From: SAR202 cluster bacterium bin87
Lineage (GTDB): Bacteria; Chloroflexota; Dehalococcoidia; Lucifugimonadales; UBA3495
Assembly: GCA_002238825.1 (NCBI GenBank)
Contig: MPNC01000002.1
Coordinates: 51,180 to 115,179 of the forward strand
Length of the DNA stretch: 64,000 bases
Direction: 5' to 3'
Below the pieces are notes generated by a model. It was not told the DNA's origin. It did not search any database and worked only from the letters and a program-made list of their open reading frames with translations. The position numbers and the translations under genes were made by a program. The stretch's first letter is position 1. Every line of letters starts with the position of its first letter. Below, in pieces: positions 61,701 to 64,000 of this stretch.

Positions 61701-63675
61701 GCAGGATCTTGTGGCACCGTCGGAACGAAGCGACGATATCGCCGTCGTCCAGCATCTGCAGGGAGTTGACGTGGGCGTAGTCGTGGAGGACGGACCCCAC
61801 CACGTCGCAGTCCTCGAAGCCCATGTGGTCGTAGGAGTTCCACCTATAGACCTCCTCGCCTTCCGCGGTCCGGTGTTGGATCACGGAATCGCGGACGTCT
61901 TCTTCCGTGCCGTGATCTCCGACCGGCAGGAAGCTGAAGTCGCGGGTTGCCGGTTCGTAGGCCATCAACAGGTAATCGCCATTGGGCAGAACCAGGTAAT
62001 CGTGATAGTCGGTCTCTCTCAGCGGCGCCACGGTCTGCACGGTTTCCAGGACCTCGAAGTTCTGGTCCAGAACGACCATGCCCCAGGTTGGCACCACCCG
62101 GGTACCGTACCCGTAACGCCACTCGTCGCCCTCGTCAATCCGGAACCAGCGGAAGTACAGCCCGTCCTTGTATCCAAAGTCAGGGTCCCGGATAAACCTG
62201 GGCACGCCGTTGTTGTCAATGATCAAGAGGTTTGAGTCACCGTTCAGGTACTGCGGGAACATGATCAAGTCTTCAATGTAACCCGCATCCACACGTTTCA
62301 CCGTCGTCACCTCCAGCATCCAGTCCGGCATGCAGTGGACAACGTAGCTGGTGAGGCTGCCATCGCTGCCAGTGAGGGTGATGCGGACCTTGCTATCTCC
62401 CTCAACCGACTGCGAAACGGTCGTGGCAGTCTCCGCGCCGGGGTTTTCGATCTGCACCCCGTTCACTGCCATGCGCGCGTCGGCATCCTTAGCTGCCAGC
62501 GTCAATGACATCGTGTCAGAATTATTGCAGCCGACGGAGTAGTGCAGCGTGCCGGAATCGAAGGCCGGCCTGAACTGTCGCCAGTTCGCGCCGCCGTCGG
62601 AGTCGTCGGTGGCAGCCGTTAACGAATGCAGCAATTTCCCGACCACCACTTCCTTCGACGAAACCGTTGCCGACTGACCGGTTCCATGCCCGTCTTCATA
62701 ACTCACGGCAGCGCGCAGGAAGTGACCGGTTGCTCCGGCAGTTGGCGTGTAGCTGGCGGCGGTCGCTCCCGAAATCGTCACCCAGTCGCTGCGGCCGTCC
62801 GAGCGTTCCCAGGTGTAGGTGGGGGTTCCAACGACTCCGTCCTCGTCGGTCAGGCTCGCCGTCACCGCTTCTCCCTGCTGAGGCCGCGTCGTGGACAGGG
62901 TCAAATCCCCCGCCTCGTTCTGGTCGGTGATGGTCACTTCCACGTCAAGCGTGTGGCTGTCGCTACCGTCTGTGACCTGGACGGTGACTTTGTAAACGCC
63001 ATCCTCATCGTCGTCCGCTGGGTTTTCGTAGTCCGGCTGCTGCGCAAAAAGGTCTGGCGCAACGGGATCGATGTCGAAGCGCAGCGCCCCACCGGGTTCG
63101 TCGATGCTGAAGTGGCCGGCGTCGTCGCCGGACAAACTCCACCTTAGGGCGTGGGCATCGTCCTCCGACGAGGCGGAATAAGTCGCGACCCTGACCGCCT
63201 GGTTTTCTTCGTAATTCACCGTCGATGACCCGGCGAGCGCGGTCATCTCAATAACGTTCTCCAGGGTGATCACCAGGTCCGCCGAGTCGGTGTTGGCCCC
63301 GTCGCTGACCTCCACCGTGACCTGGTACGAGCCGTCGGTATCGTCATCATCAGGGTTCTCGAAGTCTTTCGCCGAGGCGAATGCGAGCACACCGGCCGAG
63401 CTGAGGTTGAACTTGTCCGCGTCCGCGCCCCCCGTTTTTGACCACGTGAGGTCTGAGGTAGCCGTATCGGTGTCGGTCGCCGTCAGAGTGGTCACTTCCG
63501 TTGCGCCCTCCGATACTCCGAAGGTATCAGCGCTGGTGATCGCCGGCGCCTCTGAAGCCTGCACGACGATAGGCGAGCCGATGCCGACCACAAGGGCGAG
63601 CGCCAAAGACGCCACGAGTCCTGCCCGCCTCTTCGAGAAGTACAACCTTTCCAAAGCGTGGTAACGGATGCCCAT
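58747..63675 (-). CDS. 1642-aa secreted multidomain protein: signal peptide, cadherin-like repeats, arylsulfotransferase (ASST)-type beta-propeller, 3 Calx-beta domains, cadherin-like beta-sandwich domains, conserved C-terminal module
   Basis: N-terminal signal (LVASLALALVVGIGSPIVVQASEA). Cadherin-type ..ITLENV../..VTITDQNEAGD.. repeats. ASST blocks (DYHDYLVLPNGDYLL, HVNSLQMLDDGDIVASFR, GQHAAQVLPGNRLILFDNG). Three repeats of ...DYSG[VI]P..(L/V)TF..GET...F.F....D...D..ESV.I.(L/F)G (Calx-beta). The C-terminus ends ...DCAASDAICTSDGRKHYNRVEFTVSGP. Confidence 0.85.
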   Translation of the reverse strand: MGIRYHALERLYFSKRRAGLVASLALALVVGIGSPIVVQASEAPAITSADTFGVSEGATEVTTLTATDTDTATSDLTWSKTGGADADKFNLSSAGVLAFASAKDFENPDDDDTDGSYQVTVEVSDGANTDSADLVITLENVIEMTALAGSSTVNYEENQAVRVATYSASSEDDAHALRWSLSGDDAGHFSIDEPGGALRFDIDPVAPDLFAQQPDYENPADDDEDGVYKVTVQVTDGSDSHTLDVEVTITDQNEAGDLTLSTTRPQQGEAVTASLTDEDGVVGTPTYTWERSDGRSDWVTISGATAASYTPTAGATGHFLRAAVSYEDGHGTGQSATVSSKEVVVGKLLHSLTAATDDSDGGANWRQFRPAFDSGTLHYSVGCNNSDTMSLTLAAKDADARMAVNGVQIENPGAETATTVSQSVEGDSKVRITLTGSDGSLTSYVVHCMPDWMLEVTTVKRVDAGYIEDLIMFPQYLNGDSNLLIIDNNGVPRFIRDPDFGYKDGLYFRWFRIDEGDEWRYGYGTRVVPTWGMVVLDQNFEVLETVQTVAPLRETDYHDYLVLPNGDYLLMAYEPATRDFSFLPVGDHGTEEDVRDSVIQHRTAEGEEVYRWNSYDHMGFEDCDVVGSVLHDYAHVNSLQMLDDGDIVASFRRCHKILRIDPDEDKVVWRVGPTAMTDEQWEAKGRGPAPFTFIGDPAGEFGGQHAAQVLPGNRLILFDNGTPILINPWTGHLNREKDIYGRGVEYAIDEEHGEAVFVRDHSLHGTRSIPAGPGGHIDLLSNGDWLVSWGDGSLIPSRDTRDEVATQVDPDTGVEKWSLKALRIRSCCRQAHKVRAISLDPVALTDVPEPLAAEFLTEESAFSYADTTDRPAVALSFNRPVVDFTKDTPSVSVTGATIESVDYHGQAGAAAHVYKFVLVPDGSGDITFTVLTDKACDSATGGICTADGTTLSTAPTAGYEIPEQISVNFAQATYTVAEGATVEVGVTLSADPGETVSVPLTAAAQGNTSADDYSGVPSRLTFHSGETSKTFTFSATQDSIDDDNDSVAIGFGTMSSGFGAGATSETAISITDDDDGLAKVGFGAASYAVSEDSSVVVTVSLDNALTEAVTIPITTVDQAGATGEDYSGIPAGVTISAGDTTATFNFDAAADSPYDDNESVLIGLGTLPDGVDLDATTETTVTITDPNPPQVKVSFGSATYDVNEDGGLRVPITLDTDPQRDVVIPFTRTGQNGFTDADIARIWESVTFQSGETSVNWGFRPMDDAIDDEGESVVIGLGMLPNAVTAGDIPATTVSVIDNDPSSDATLGALTLVDDDGSAVSLTPAFAAATAEYSASVSYNVGSVTLTATHNHPSATVSIIAGGDTTTTNAATVDLDVGENLIQATVTAEDGSTTLTYGVTVTRSPAWSATLTVGVEDDTNAPPASGYSRWTRMGAISSSDFTADGTRYRVMTVLQLADALFLNMMRSELPNDFTLTVGDQQFLASESSKPSTGAEGRYRWALDDEMDWNAGDTVQVSIIPHEDSGGLPTRAAPPPAAFAHSIPDNHDGDNLITFGLSFTEDPHLSFRTLRDEAFDVTNGTVTKAKRKSKGSDQNWVIDVRPDSDADVTIVLPPTTDCAASDAICTSDGRKHYNRVEFTVSGP

Positions 63676-64000
63676 TCGGCTATTCTCCTGTATCGGCCCC
63701 AGCCCAACGGTTCAGCATGAAACGACACCAACTCGGATAGCCAATACGCTGGATATCGCTGTTAATCAGTCCTGAAGCGCCTGCAGGGCTTCCCGCAGCG
63801 AGTCAACCCCGCCGTCGCTGTCACACTGGGGTAGTAGGGCTCAGACGCCCATCCTGTTCCTGTGCATCGCGGCGCGCCCTCGTGTAGTTTGTATTAAACC
63901 CAATAGAAATGTCGTGGTGACTTTATTAATCCCACTCAACCCCTCGTGCACGATGTGAGGGGACTCGACATTGCAGACGCGTGTGGTCTCCTGTGTCTGA

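Noticed and set aside
1-64000. Search for CRISPR arrays, rRNA genes, reverse transcriptase/retron or DGR repeats, and toxin-antitoxin pairs.
   Set aside because: I found no regularly spaced short direct repeats, no rRNA-like conserved stretches, no RT motifs (YxDD) in any ORF, and no convincing small two-gene TA cassette by eye. This was a visual scan only, so small or degenerate elements could have been missed.

Overview
High-GC bacterial chromosomal window. Gene content and the tmRNA tag suggest a Chloroflexota/SAR202-like organism, but that is inference only. All calls come from reading the sequence and ORF translations; no database search was run. Start codons were adjusted where an RBS plus ATG/GTG/TTG was visible.

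Layout:
(i) 1-1.7 kb: the 3' end of dnaA, an NHL-repeat propeller protein, tRNA-Ala(CGC) and tRNA-Arg(CCT).
(ii) 1.66-12.01 kb: a 10.4-kb island integrated in the 3' end of tRNA-Arg, bounded by an exact 13-bp direct repeat. It carries a P4-type tyrosine integrase and a full head/packaging module (TerL, HNH, HK97-type capsid, S78 protease, connector, portal), but no recognisable tail, lysis or immunity genes. It is best read as a capsid-forming phage-satellite-like element, and it is the most interesting system in the window.
(iii) 12.1-16.4 kb and 22.3-23.7 kb: IS debris (IS256-, IS701-, IS630- and IS110-like fragments) plus one apparently intact IS5/IS427-type element with a TAA target duplication.
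(iv) 16.5-53.0 kb: a dense block of catabolic enzymes with no regulator genes, rich in old paralogues: 3 MmgE/PrpD, 2 LLM monooxygenases, 2 acyl-CoA-dehydrogenase-fold proteins, 2 alpha/beta hydrolases, several amidohydrolases, 2 MFS transporters and 3 tandem cupins. It contains a conserved roughly 90-100-nt imperfect-palindrome intergenic element in at least two copies.
(v) 53.1-53.5 kb: tmRNA (ssrA), directly abutted by a frameshifted large serine recombinase whose ORF runs antisense into the tmRNA 3' end.
(vi) 55.4-63.7 kb: a beta-helix protein, a single-polypeptide GAF-PAS-HK-REC-wHTH two-component protein, and a 1642-aa secreted cadherin/ASST/Calx-beta protein.

No CRISPR array, rRNA or reverse transcriptase was seen.
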